Position numbers and translations under genes: made by a program. From positions 6,659 through 70,658 of the forward strand of contig JACPRA010000027.1 in assembly GCA_016190215.1 (NCBI GenBank): a stretch of 64,000 bases of DNA, written 5' to 3'. The notes beneath the pieces are model-generated. The model had not been told where the DNA came from, ran no database searches, and worked only from the letters and a program-made list of their open reading frames with translations. How positions within the stretch are numbered: the stretch's first letter is position 1; every line of letters begins with the position of its first letter. This DNA comes from Candidatus Omnitrophota bacterium (lineage in GTDB: Bacteria; Omnitrophota; Gorgyraeia; Aquiviventales; Aquiviventaceae). This document shows, piece by piece, positions 18,074-27,177 of this stretch.

Positions 18074-19499
18074 AACGCGGGAACCCCGGCGGCTGGGCGT
18101 CGTGCCCCAGGGCATTCGTTTGGACGTGCTGTGCGCGTTTTTGCTGATGTCGGTGGTGCCGCTGGTGGTGTTGCTGCTGGTCGCCGGCTGGTTTGCGTTT
18201 CCAAGCGTTCGGGAGTTCTACCACTTGGAGCAGTGGTTTCCGCTGATCGCGAGCCCCTCGGAGGCCACATGGTGGCTGCTGAGCATCCTGACGCTGACGA
18301 TGGCCATTTCGCTGCTGGGCAGCGCTTACCTGGCCGTGAAGATCATCACGCCGGTCATTCATTTGAGCCATCACGCCAAATCGCTGGCCGCCGGCGATTA
18401 TGACGCGCGAATGACCGATGACGCCCGCACCGGCGAGCTGGGCGATCTCAGCGCCGCCTTGAAGAAGCTGACGTCGCAGATCCGCACGAATATGGTCGAG
18501 CTCAAGCAGCTGGGCGATCGCACCACCCAGATGAACTTTGAGATCAACACGCGCATGGTAATGCTCTCCGGCCTGCTGCAGATCGGCGAGCTGATCGGCG
18601 GTGGGGCGGGGTTGGACATCGTGCTGGACCTGGTGGTGGAGAAGCTGGCCTTGCTGGATCCCCAAGGGTTCAGCTTCCTGTCCTTGCAGCCGGTGGAAGG
18701 CTTGCCCGTGACCTTGCGGCGCAGCCACAACGTGGATCTGGGCCGCCTGACGATCCCGCCGCCGAAGCCGGCCACGGTCACGATCGACGCCGGGCATCGC
18801 CCGAGCGCCGGCCTGGAGCCGCTCTGGAAGCAGTTGGACGGGGCCAATGTGGTGTTACAGCCGGTGTTCGTCCGCGGCAAGCCGGTCGGGATGCTGGGGG
18901 TGGGCAATCGGTATCCGGAGTTCGCTTGGACGCAGGAGTCTGTGGACTTGGCCGGGATCTTCGCGAAGCAGATTTCCATTGCGCTGGAGAACGATTTGCT
19001 GTTGCGCAAGACCAAGCTGCTGGCCATCCATGATGAGCTGACCGGCGCGTATAACGAAACCTATGTCCGGCAGCGGCTGACGGAAGAGCTTAAGCGCGCC
19101 CTCTTGTACCAGCGCCCCTGCGCGCTGGCGATGTTCGCGATCCCCGGCTTGGCGGACTATCGGCGGCGCGCCGGCGAGCCGCAGAGCGAGCAAGTGCTGA
19201 AGCAGGCCGTGCGGATCATCCAGGAATCCGTGACGGACATTGACCGGGTCGGCCGGTTCGGCGGCAACGAGATCGCGGTGCTGCTGCCGGAGCGGAGCAA
19301 GCGCCAGGCCTTGGAGGTGGCGGAGGCCGTGCGCCGGCGCGCCAACGCGTCGTTGGCGGAGCTCGCCGCCGGCGATGCGCTGGCCCTGGTCAGCAGTGTC
19401 GTCGAAAATCCACTGGATGGCGTGACGGCGGATGAGCTGATCACCAAGGCCTCCGCGGCCCTCTCGAAGGCGTCTCCAACACAAGGACACGGCGCATGA
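18066..19499 (+). CDS. Membrane HAMP-GAF-GGDEF protein with degenerate active site (GGNEI)
   Basis: Two TM helices and a HAMP-like segment (PVIHLSHHAKSLAAGDYDARM...GELGDLSAALKKL). C-terminal GGDEF fold (DELTGAYNETYV...RFGGNEIAVLLPE). GGDEF is replaced by GGNEI (19260-19274), and the metal-binding DxD region reads FAIPGL. Confidence 0.75.
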   Translation: MAETREPRRLGVVPQGIRLDVLCAFLLMSVVPLVVLLLVAGWFAFPSVREFYHLEQWFPLIASPSEATWWLLSILTLTMAISLLGSAYLAVKIITPVIHLSHHAKSLAAGDYDARMTDDARTGELGDLSAALKKLTSQIRTNMVELKQLGDRTTQMNFEINTRMVMLSGLLQIGELIGGGAGLDIVLDLVVEKLALLDPQGFSFLSLQPVEGLPVTLRRSHNVDLGRLTIPPPKPATVTIDAGHRPSAGLEPLWKQLDGANVVLQPVFVRGKPVGMLGVGNRYPEFAWTQESVDLAGIFAKQISIALENDLLLRKTKLLAIHDELTGAYNETYVRQRLTEELKRALLYQRPCALAMFAIPGLADYRRRAGEPQSEQVLKQAVRIIQESVTDIDRVGRFGGNEIAVLLPERSKRQALEVAEAVRRRANASLAELAAGDALALVSSVVENPLDGVTADELITKASAALSKASPTQGHGA

Positions 19500-20572
19500 G
19501 CGTTTCCGCCCGACCCACCATGGAACACCTGCTGCGGCTGATGGTGGAGCAGGGGGCCACGGATTTGCATCTGACCGCCAATGCCCCGCCGCACCTGCGG
19601 CTGGACGAACAGCTGGTGGCGACGGACCACGGCGTGCTCAAAGGCGAGGACGTGCGCGAGCTGGCGCACAGCTTGTTGTCGCCCGACAAAGCGGAACGGC
19701 TGGAGCGGTGGAAAGAGCTGGATTTCGCGTTTTCCATCGAGGGGCTGGCGCGGTTCCGCGCCAACTATTTCTTCCAGCAGGGCTATATCGGGGTGGCGAT
19801 CCGCATGCTGCCGTTTCGCATCCAAGGCTTCGAGGAGCTGGGCCTGCCTGCCAAGGTCTTGACGGAGTGGTGCAATAAGCCCAAGGGGCTGGTCCTCATC
19901 ACCGGGTCCACCGGCTCGGGTAAAACCACGACCCTCGCGGCCATGGTGGACTACTTGAACAACACCAAGCCCTACCACATCGTCACCATCGAAGACCCGG
20001 TGGAGTATGTGCATACCGGCAAGCGCGCGATCGTGGACCAGCGGGAAGTCGGCGCGGATACGCAGTCCTTCGCGCAGGCCTTGAAGCACTCGCTCCGCCA
20101 GGATCCGGACGTCATCCTGATCGGAGAGATGCGGGACCTGGAAACCATTGAGACGGCGCTCATCATGGCGGAAACCGGCCATCTGGTCTTGGCGACCCTC
20201 CATACGTCCGACGCCGTGCAGACGGTCAACCGGATCGTGGACGTGTTCCCGTCCCATCAGCAAAACCAGGTGCGCAGCCAGCTGTCGCTGGAGCTGTTGG
20301 GCGTGCTCTCCCAACAGTTGATCCCCAAATCCAGCGGCCGGGGGCGCGTGCTGGCCGTGGAAGTGCTGCTGGCCAATCATGCCGTGCGGTCGCTGGTGCG
20401 GGAGCAGAAAGTCCACCAGCTCTATTCCGTGATCCAGACGGCCCAGAAAGACGGCATGAAGACGATGAACCAGTCCTTATATGAGCTGTATCTCAACCGG
20501 GTCATTACGCTGGAGGAGGCGTTGGCGCGGTCCACGGACCCCGACGACCTCTTGCGGCTGACGAAACGCTGA
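19496..20572 (+). CDS. pilT: Type IV pilus retraction ATPase PilT
   Basis: Walker A GSTGSGKTTTLAAM, the AIRNLIRE-like VRSLVREQK, and a PilT-type length of 358 aa with no N-terminal T2SSE_N domain. Confidence 0.9.
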   Translation: MSVSARPTMEHLLRLMVEQGATDLHLTANAPPHLRLDEQLVATDHGVLKGEDVRELAHSLLSPDKAERLERWKELDFAFSIEGLARFRANYFFQQGYIGVAIRMLPFRIQGFEELGLPAKVLTEWCNKPKGLVLITGSTGSGKTTTLAAMVDYLNNTKPYHIVTIEDPVEYVHTGKRAIVDQREVGADTQSFAQALKHSLRQDPDVILIGEMRDLETIETALIMAETGHLVLATLHTSDAVQTVNRIVDVFPSHQQNQVRSQLSLELLGVLSQQLIPKSSGRGRVLAVEVLLANHAVRSLVREQKVHQLYSVIQTAQKDGMKTMNQSLYELYLNRVITLEEALARSTDPDDLLRLTKR

Positions 20573-20600
20573 GCCCGAGCGGATTACAGGACGGAGCGGC

Positions 20601-21095
20601 ATGGCCAAGCGCATCATCACAAAGCGGATCGGCGACATCCTGCTGGAGCGGGGAATCGTCAACCGCCAGGAGCTGGAGCAGGCCTTGGCGCAGCAAAAGG
20701 AGCGCGGGGGCCTGTTGGGCCAAGTGCTGGTGGAGATGGGGGCGGTCACGGAAGAGGAGGTCGCCCTGGCGCTGACGGCCCAGTACGGTTTTCCCTATCT
20801 GCCGCTGGAGAGCTATGAGATTGACGACGCGATTGCCCGCTTGGTGCCGGAACAGGTGGCCCGGCAATACGTGCTGATTCCGATTGATCAGATCGGGAAT
20901 GCCTTGTCCGTGGCCATGGCGGATCCCTCCAACCTCCAGGCCGTGGAAGACATCGAGCTGCTCACCAGCTGTATCGTGCAGACGTTTGTCAGCACGCCCT
21001 CGGACATCCGCAAGGCGATCGGCCGCTGCTATCCCTCCGCGTCCGCCGGTCCCGCGCCGGCGTCCGGGCCCTCACCCAGCGAGCCGCGGCCATGA
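20601..21095 (+). CDS. Stand-alone T2SSE_N/MshEN domain protein (predicted c-di-GMP receptor)
   Basis: Residues 9-61 give two 24-residue MshEN motifs separated by a 5-residue spacer: RIGDILLERGIVNRQELEQALAQQ-KERGG-LLGQVLVEMGAVTEEEVALALTAQ. No ATPase domain; the protein ends in a Pro/Ser-rich tail. Confidence 0.75.
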   Translation: MAKRIITKRIGDILLERGIVNRQELEQALAQQKERGGLLGQVLVEMGAVTEEEVALALTAQYGFPYLPLESYEIDDAIARLVPEQVARQYVLIPIDQIGNALSVAMADPSNLQAVEDIELLTSCIVQTFVSTPSDIRKAIGRCYPSASAGPAPASGPSPSEPRP

Positions 21096-22843
21096 TGAGC
21101 TTCAAGGACCGCATGATGGAGGCCCTCGTGGGGAACCACGTGTTGACGCGCGAGCAGATCGAAGCCGCCCTGAAATTTCAACAGACCAGCGGCGGCAGCC
21201 TGCAGAAGGTGCTGGTCGAGCGCGGGTTCATCACGGAGAGCGCCTTGCTCTCCGCCATCAGCCAGGGGCTGGGCATCCCGCAGATTCGGCTGGCGCGCAT
21301 GAAGATCGACCCGACGCTCAAAACGCTGCTTTCCAGGGAAATCGCCAAGCAGTACCAGCTGATCCCGATCGCCTGCATGGGGCAGACCCTGACGGTGGCG
21401 ATGGCCGATCCGCTGAACATTTTTGCGCTCGATACCTTGACGACCATGACGGGCTTGTCCATCAATCCGCTCCTGGCGACCGCCGGGGACATCCAGGAAG
21501 CCATTGACGTGTACTACGGCACCGGGGTCGAGGAAACATTGCGGCAGATGGTCCGGGAGACGCGGCCCGTCGCGCCGGACCGCGCGCCGGCTCGTCCGCC
21601 CCGCCCGGAGGAGCCGCCGAAGAAATCCGCCCGGCCGGCGGGCTTGACCCAAGAGCCTCCCGTCGTGCGGATGACCGATATGCTGTTGGCGAAGGCGGTG
21701 CAGCTGCGCGCGTCGGATTTATTGATCGAGCCGCTGGAGCATGCCTTCCGCGTGCGCTATCGCGTGGACGGCGTGCTGCAGGAAGGCGAGGCGCCGCCCC
21801 GGCAGTTCCAGCAGGCCGTGGTCTCCCGGATCAAGATCCTGGCGGAATTGAACATTGCCGAGCGCCGCCTGCCGCAGGATGGTCATTTCAACGCGCTCAT
21901 GGACGGCCGCCCGGTGGACTTCCGCGTGTCCGTGCTGCCCGCGACGTTCGGAGAGCGGGTGGTGCTGCGGATTTTGGATAAGCGGCAGGTCAAGCTGGAT
22001 CTGAGGACCCTCGGATTCCACCCGGATGATTTGAGCATGCTGCAGCGTCTGGCTCAGCAGCCGCACGGGTTGGTGCTGTGCACCGGGCCCACCGGCTCGG
22101 GCAAAACCACGACCTTGTATTCCCTGCTGACGACGGTGGATCGCCCCGAGAAAAACCTCGTCACGGTGGAGGACCCCGTCGAATTCCAGTTGGAAGGCGT
22201 CAACCAGGTCACGGCCCGCGCCGACATCGGCTTGACGTTCGCCGCGGCGCTGCGGTCCATCCTCCGCCAGGATCCGGATGTCATCATGGTGGGAGAGATC
22301 CGTGACGCCGAAACCGCGGACATGGCCGTCAAGGCCGCCTTGACCGGGCACTTGGTGCTCAGCACCCTCCACACGAACAGCGCCGCCGGCACCGTCGTGC
22401 GGCTGGTCAATATGGGCGTGGAGCCCTTCCTGCTGAACTCGTCGCTCCTGGCGGTTATTGGGCAGCGGCTTGTCCGGCGCATCTGCTCTTCGTGCCAGAA
22501 GGCCTATCGTCCGCCGGAGGCCCTTGCCAAAAAATTCGGCCTGGTGGATGCCCGCGGGCGCGTCGTGGAGCTGGTCAAGGGGGAAGGCTGCGGGGCGTGC
22601 TTTCAATCCGGCTACCGGGGGCGGGAGGTGATCGCGGAGGTGCTGACGATCGTGCCCCCGATGCGCGAGCTGATCCTGCACCGTCCCCAGGAGCGCGAGC
22701 TGGAAGAGAGCGCCCGCCAGTCCGGCATGCGGACCTTGCGCGAGCACGGCCTGCAGAAAGCGATCGCGCACCTGACGTCGTTGGATGAGGTCATCCGCAC
22801 CACGGTCGGCGAATCGGTGGAGCTGGGGAGTGCCGCGCCATGA
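21092..22843 (+). CDS. pilB: Type IV pilus/T2SS assembly ATPase (PilB/GspE family), copy 1
   Basis: T2SSE_N domain, Walker A CTGPTGSGKTTTLYS, Asp/His boxes, and a tetracysteine motif (CSSC...CGAC). Confidence 0.9.
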   Translation: MMSFKDRMMEALVGNHVLTREQIEAALKFQQTSGGSLQKVLVERGFITESALLSAISQGLGIPQIRLARMKIDPTLKTLLSREIAKQYQLIPIACMGQTLTVAMADPLNIFALDTLTTMTGLSINPLLATAGDIQEAIDVYYGTGVEETLRQMVRETRPVAPDRAPARPPRPEEPPKKSARPAGLTQEPPVVRMTDMLLAKAVQLRASDLLIEPLEHAFRVRYRVDGVLQEGEAPPRQFQQAVVSRIKILAELNIAERRLPQDGHFNALMDGRPVDFRVSVLPATFGERVVLRILDKRQVKLDLRTLGFHPDDLSMLQRLAQQPHGLVLCTGPTGSGKTTTLYSLLTTVDRPEKNLVTVEDPVEFQLEGVNQVTARADIGLTFAAALRSILRQDPDVIMVGEIRDAETADMAVKAALTGHLVLSTLHTNSAAGTVVRLVNMGVEPFLLNSSLLAVIGQRLVRRICSSCQKAYRPPEALAKKFGLVDARGRVVELVKGEGCGACFQSGYRGREVIAEVLTIVPPMRELILHRPQERELEESARQSGMRTLREHGLQKAIAHLTSLDEVIRTTVGESVELGSAAP

Positions 22844-24558
22844 GCAGCATGCAAACCCGTCTCGTTGACGTCTTGATTGCCAAGGGATTGGCCAGCCGGG
22901 AACAGCTGGTTGCGCTCCAAACCGAGGCGCGCAGCGGCAAGCGGTTCGGACAGCTGCTGATTCAGCAGGGCATCCTGACCGCGGAGACGCTCGTCGGGCT
23001 GCTCTCGCAGGAGCTGGGGGTGCCCAGCTTATCGCTGTCCAAATATCGGTTGGATCCGAAAGTGGCGGGGTTGATTCCGGAGCGGGTGGCCCGCCAATAC
23101 ACGATGATCCCGATTTCCCAGTTCGGCCAGCGGCTCGTGGTGGCCATGGCCGACCCGGTGGACTTGTTCGCCCTGGAAGACGTGAAAGCCCTCACGCACT
23201 ATGCGGTGGATCCCGTGCTGGCCAAGGCCTCGGAAATCGAGCAGGCCATCGAGCAGAGCTATGGCGGCATGCGGGCCAGTTTTCCATCAACGCCTCCGGC
23301 GGCGGACGCCGGCGGGGGCGAGGACAAGGACGGCGGCGCCCTCCAGAGCGGGGAATTGGAGAGCGCGGTCCAGCTCCTCCTGGCCGAGGATGCCAGCGAC
23401 GCCCCGGCCGTCAAGGTGATCAACCTGATGCTGCTCGAGGCCCTGCGCCAGCGGGCCTCCGACATCCACCTCGAGCCGGCGTCCGACGCCGTGCGCGTGC
23501 GCTACCGGGTTGATGGGCGCCTGGCGGAAGCCCACCGGTTGCCGAAGCGGGCGCAAAGCACGGTGCTCACCCGCCTAAAAATCATGGCGGGGCTGGACAT
23601 TACCGAATCGCGCTTGCCGCAGGATGGGCGGTTTAAAGTCCGGCTGGATGTGCGGGAGGTGGATTTCCGCGTCTCGGTGCTGCCGGTGGTGCACGGCAAC
23701 AAAATCGTCTTGCGCGCGCTGGATAAGAGCAGCCTCGCCGCGGGGTTGGAGCAATTAGGGTTTTCCCCGCGATCGGTCGCCCCCCTCAAAGACGCCGTGG
23801 CGCGGCCCCACGGCATGATCTTGGTGACCGGACCCACCGGCTCCGGCAAATCCACGACGCTGTATTCCATGCTGCAGCAGCTCAACCTGCCCACGCGCAA
23901 CATCATCACCATCGAGGACCCGGTGGAGTATCAGCTCAACGGCGCCACCCAGGTCCAGGACAACCCGGAGATCGGGCTGACCTTCGCGTCCGGGTTGCGG
24001 TCCATCCTGCGGCAGAATCCCGACATCGTGATGATCGGGGAAATCCGCGACTTTGAAACCGCCGACATCGCCATGAAGGCCAGCCTGACCGGCCACCTGG
24101 TGTTGTCCACCCTGCATACCAACGACGCGCCCTCGTCCGTGACCCGGTTGGTGGACATGGGGGTGGAGCCCTTCCTCATCGCCTCCAGCCTCACCGTGAT
24201 CGAGGCGCAGCGGCTGGTGCGCAAGCTCTGCGCGAAGTGCCGGCAGCCCATCGAGCCGCCCCGGGCGCTCCTGGAACAGTTGGCGTTCAGCCCGCCGCCG
24301 GGGAGCGCGTTCTACCGCGCCGTCGGCTGCCCCAGCTGCAACGGGATGGGCTACCGCGGGCGGATGGGGCTGATCGAGGTCTGCCCGGTGGATGAAGGGT
24401 TGCGCGAGCGGATCGTCTCCCAGGCCCACGCCGGGGAGTTGAAAGCGTATGCGCGCGCCCACCTGGGCATGGTGACGTTGCAGGAGGATGGGATCGCCAA
24501 AGCCGCCGCCGGCTTGACGACGCTGGAAGAAATCCTGCAGGCGACGTCGGAGCTGTGA
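22840..24558 (+). CDS. pilB: Type IV pilus/T2SS assembly ATPase (PilB/GspE family), copy 2
   Basis: T2SSE_N domain with a good second MshEN-like half (RFGQLLIQQGILTAETLVGLLSQ), Walker A VTGPTGSGKSTTLYS, and tetracysteine (CAKC...CPSC). Confidence 0.9.
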   Translation: MSSMQTRLVDVLIAKGLASREQLVALQTEARSGKRFGQLLIQQGILTAETLVGLLSQELGVPSLSLSKYRLDPKVAGLIPERVARQYTMIPISQFGQRLVVAMADPVDLFALEDVKALTHYAVDPVLAKASEIEQAIEQSYGGMRASFPSTPPAADAGGGEDKDGGALQSGELESAVQLLLAEDASDAPAVKVINLMLLEALRQRASDIHLEPASDAVRVRYRVDGRLAEAHRLPKRAQSTVLTRLKIMAGLDITESRLPQDGRFKVRLDVREVDFRVSVLPVVHGNKIVLRALDKSSLAAGLEQLGFSPRSVAPLKDAVARPHGMILVTGPTGSGKSTTLYSMLQQLNLPTRNIITIEDPVEYQLNGATQVQDNPEIGLTFASGLRSILRQNPDIVMIGEIRDFETADIAMKASLTGHLVLSTLHTNDAPSSVTRLVDMGVEPFLIASSLTVIEAQRLVRKLCAKCRQPIEPPRALLEQLAFSPPPGSAFYRAVGCPSCNGMGYRGRMGLIEVCPVDEGLRERIVSQAHAGELKAYARAHLGMVTLQEDGIAKAAAGLTTLEEILQATSEL

Positions 24559-24568
24559 GGCCCCCGCC

Positions 24569-25777
24569 ATGCCGACCTTTGCGTACGTCGTCAAAGACAA
24601 AGCGGGCCGGACGCACAACGGCATGCTGGAGACCCCCTCCCGCCAATCCCTTATCGAGTTGTTGTGGAAGCAGGATTTCGTCGTGCTTTCGATCGAAGAG
24701 CGGCAGGCCGCCCGGCGGATGGCGGCGTGGTCCGCCCCCCGCGTGCCCGCGCAGCACCTCGTCATCTTTGCGAGGCAGTTGGCCACCATGGTGGCCAGCG
24801 GCATCCCCATCCTCGGCGCGCTGGACATCCTGCAATCGCAACTGGAGGACCGGGGGTTCCGCCAGGTGCTCAAGCAGATCCAGCGCGATGTCGAAAGCGG
24901 CAGCAGCCTGTCGGAGAGCCTGGCCAAGTATCCGCGCATTTTCTCCGATCTCTTTGTCAACATGATCAAGGCCGGCGAGTCCTCCGGCCGCCTGGATGAA
25001 ATCCTCGACCGGCTCGCCGGCTATATCGAGAAAACCGACGGGCTGCGCCGGAAGGTCAGCACGAGCATGTTTTACCCGATCCTGGTGTCGGTCCTGGCCG
25101 CGGGGATCACCGGGTTTCTGGTCATCGTCGTGGTGCCGAAATTCCGCGAAATTTTCACCTCCCTCGGCGGGCAGTTGCCGCTGCCCACCCAGTTGCTGTT
25201 GAACGCCAGCGATTACCTGCGCCGGTATTTCCTGGCCTATGTGGCCGTGGGCGTCCTGGCGGTGTTTGCGGGGCGCGCGCTCCTCGGCACGAAGCCGGGC
25301 CGGTTGTGGTTTGATCGGATGAAGCTCAAGTTTCCGGTGTTCGGGCCGTTGCTGCAAAAGGTGGCGATCGCCCGCTTCGCCCGTACGTTGGCGACGCTGG
25401 TGCGCTCCGGCGTGCCCATCCTGGCGGCGTTGGAGATCGTGGCCAGGACCGCCGGCAATGCGGCCATTGAGCGGGCGGTCATGAAGGCGCGGACCAGCAT
25501 TCGCGAGGGGGTGAACATCGCCGATCCGCTGACCCAAAGCGGCATGTTTCCCCCTATGGTGACGCGGATGATCGCCGTGGGGGAGAAGACCGGCGAACTG
25601 GAAAAAATGCTCTCCAAGATCGCGGAATTTTATGAGAGCGAAGTGGATGCCATGGTCTCCGCGCTGACGAGCCTGATTGAGCCGATCGTCATCGCCGTCC
25701 TGGGGGTGATCATCGGCGGGATCGTGGTCGCGCTGTTCCTGCCGATTTTCAAGATCTCGCAACTGGTCACCGGATAA
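24569..25777 (+). CDS. pilC: Type IV pilus platform protein PilC (GspF family)
   Basis: Duplicated GspF domains and three TM segments. Located after the pilB genes. Confidence 0.9.
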   Translation: MPTFAYVVKDKAGRTHNGMLETPSRQSLIELLWKQDFVVLSIEERQAARRMAAWSAPRVPAQHLVIFARQLATMVASGIPILGALDILQSQLEDRGFRQVLKQIQRDVESGSSLSESLAKYPRIFSDLFVNMIKAGESSGRLDEILDRLAGYIEKTDGLRRKVSTSMFYPILVSVLAAGITGFLVIVVVPKFREIFTSLGGQLPLPTQLLLNASDYLRRYFLAYVAVGVLAVFAGRALLGTKPGRLWFDRMKLKFPVFGPLLQKVAIARFARTLATLVRSGVPILAALEIVARTAGNAAIERAVMKARTSIREGVNIADPLTQSGMFPPMVTRMIAVGEKTGELEKMLSKIAEFYESEVDAMVSALTSLIEPIVIAVLGVIIGGIVVALFLPIFKISQLVTG

Positions 25778-25791
25778 GGGGCAAGGAAATC

Positions 25792-25821
25792 TTGACGTTT
25801 CTTTGGCGATGTATGTATAGT
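25792..25821 (+). promoter_or_regulatory. Sigma70-type promoter (TTGACG-18 nt-TATAGT) for the pilin gene
   Basis: Read directly from the sequence. It lies about 80 nt upstream of the pilin ATG. Confidence 0.45.
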
Positions 25822-25899
25822 AAAGGTTGGACTTGTAACTTCTTGTGCGGCAGGGGGTTTTTGGCGCGGCTTTATTCATCATCAAGGAGGGAGTCCACC

Positions 25900-26415
25900 A
25901 TGGGCACCAGGCATCGGCGGGGGTTTACGCTCGTTGAAATCATGATCGTGGTTGCCATTATCGCGTTGCTGGCGGCTATTGCGATTCCGAACGTGCTGCG
26001 CGGACGGACCAGCGCCAATGAGGCGGCGGTCATCGGGAATATGCGGGCGGTCAACAGCGCGCTGCAGATGTTTCAATCCGTCAACAATGTGTTCCCGACG
26101 ACGTGGAACACGGAAATGTACGGGGCGGACTGCGCGGCCGCAACCGCGCCAAACCCGGATTACGGCCCGCCGTCATTCTGCGTGAACCTGGACGGCGGCG
26201 CGGCGGTGCAAGGCTACACCTACACGTACGCGGATGGCGCGGCCCCGGTCAACTCGTATACGGTGCTGGCGGTTCCGCAGACGCTCGGCACGACCGGCAC
26301 GCGGTCCTTCTACACCGATCAGTCCGGGGTGCTCCGGCACTGCACCGGGACGGGCACCGTCGCCAATATCGCGGACGAATCCACGGTTGACACGGCCCCG
26401 ACCGCTTGCGATTAA
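25900..26415 (+). CDS. pilA: Type IV major pilin (prepilin)
   Basis: AAGGAGGGA SD. Class III signal MGTRHRRG|FTLVEIMIVVAIIALLAAIAIPN with Glu at +5. Two Cys pairs in the C-terminal half. Confidence 0.85.
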   Translation: MGTRHRRGFTLVEIMIVVAIIALLAAIAIPNVLRGRTSANEAAVIGNMRAVNSALQMFQSVNNVFPTTWNTEMYGADCAAATAPNPDYGPPSFCVNLDGGAAVQGYTYTYADGAAPVNSYTVLAVPQTLGTTGTRSFYTDQSGVLRHCTGTGTVANIADESTVDTAPTACD

Positions 26416-26492
26416 GTCCGAGTGCGTCATCGGTACGTTCAGCTAGCGTGGACGATCCCTCAGAACGTCTGCGTGCTCTGAGGAGAGTTGTC

Positions 26493-27032
26493 ATGCGGCC
26501 GCGCGCGGCATTTACGATGGTGGAGCTCATCATCGGCGCCGCCATCCTCGCCATCGCCCTCTCGGCGCTGCTCGGCTCGTTCGTCGGGCAGGTGACGCTC
26601 AACGAGCACTCCCGCAACCTCACCTGGGCCGCCAACGATGCCACGCGGGTCATGGAGCAGTTGCGGGTGCAGAACATGAACCCCTGCGTCGGCGGCAGCG
26701 TGCCCTCCGGCAACCCGCCGGCCGGCTTTGGCAGTTGGGATGCGTGGCTGGACGCCCCGACGGGCGGGGGCGGCAAGAGCATTCAACCGGCCCCCGCCAC
26801 GCAGGAGCTCATCGTCGTGACCTGCCGCAATCAAGCCGACACGGCCGCCTGCATTGCCACCGATGACCCGATTCGGCTGACGGTGGCGGTATGTTGGCGC
26901 CACCGCAGCCGCACGATCGGCGAATGCACGTGGGACGGCGCCGCCCTCGCGGCGAATCCCGGCGCCAGCGGCGATGCGAATGTGACGGAATCTCCCGCGA
27001 TGCTCTCCACGATCATGACGTGCCGCCAATGA
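26493..27032 (+). CDS. Minor pilin/pseudopilin
   Basis: GAGGAGAG SD. Leader MRPRAA|FTMVELIIGAAILAIALSALLG. The residue at -1 is Ala rather than Gly. Confidence 0.7.
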   Translation: MRPRAAFTMVELIIGAAILAIALSALLGSFVGQVTLNEHSRNLTWAANDATRVMEQLRVQNMNPCVGGSVPSGNPPAGFGSWDAWLDAPTGGGGKSIQPAPATQELIVVTCRNQADTAACIATDDPIRLTVAVCWRHRSRTIGECTWDGAALAANPGASGDANVTESPAMLSTIMTCRQ

Positions 27033-27038
27033 TGCTTC

Positions 27039-27177
27039 GAGAGGCAAGGCCCGCCGCATCGCTAGCCCGCCCCTCCGAGGCGGGCTGCGCTCGACTGATG
27101 TTCTCGCTCGTCCCGCCTGCACGGCGGGACACCATGGCCGCTCGAACATCAGACGTGCGGCTGAGCCCTTGCCTCTC
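27039..27177 (+). other. Nested multi-helix structured region between minor pilin genes
   Basis: Four to five complementary pairs found by hand. GAGAGGCAAGG/CCTTGCCTCTC; GCCGCA/TGCGGC; AGCCCGCC/GGCGGGCT; CTGATGTTC/GAACATCAG; GTCCCGCC/GGCGGGAC. Confidence 0.55.

Noticed and set aside
20601-22843. The MshEN ORF plus pilB copy 1 as a single pilB gene split by a frameshift (pseudogene).
   Set aside because: pilB copy 1 has its own complete T2SSE_N domain after its start codon. The upstream ORF ends in a Pro/Ser-rich tail with a clean ATGA overlap. The architecture is therefore an extra domain gene, not a broken one.
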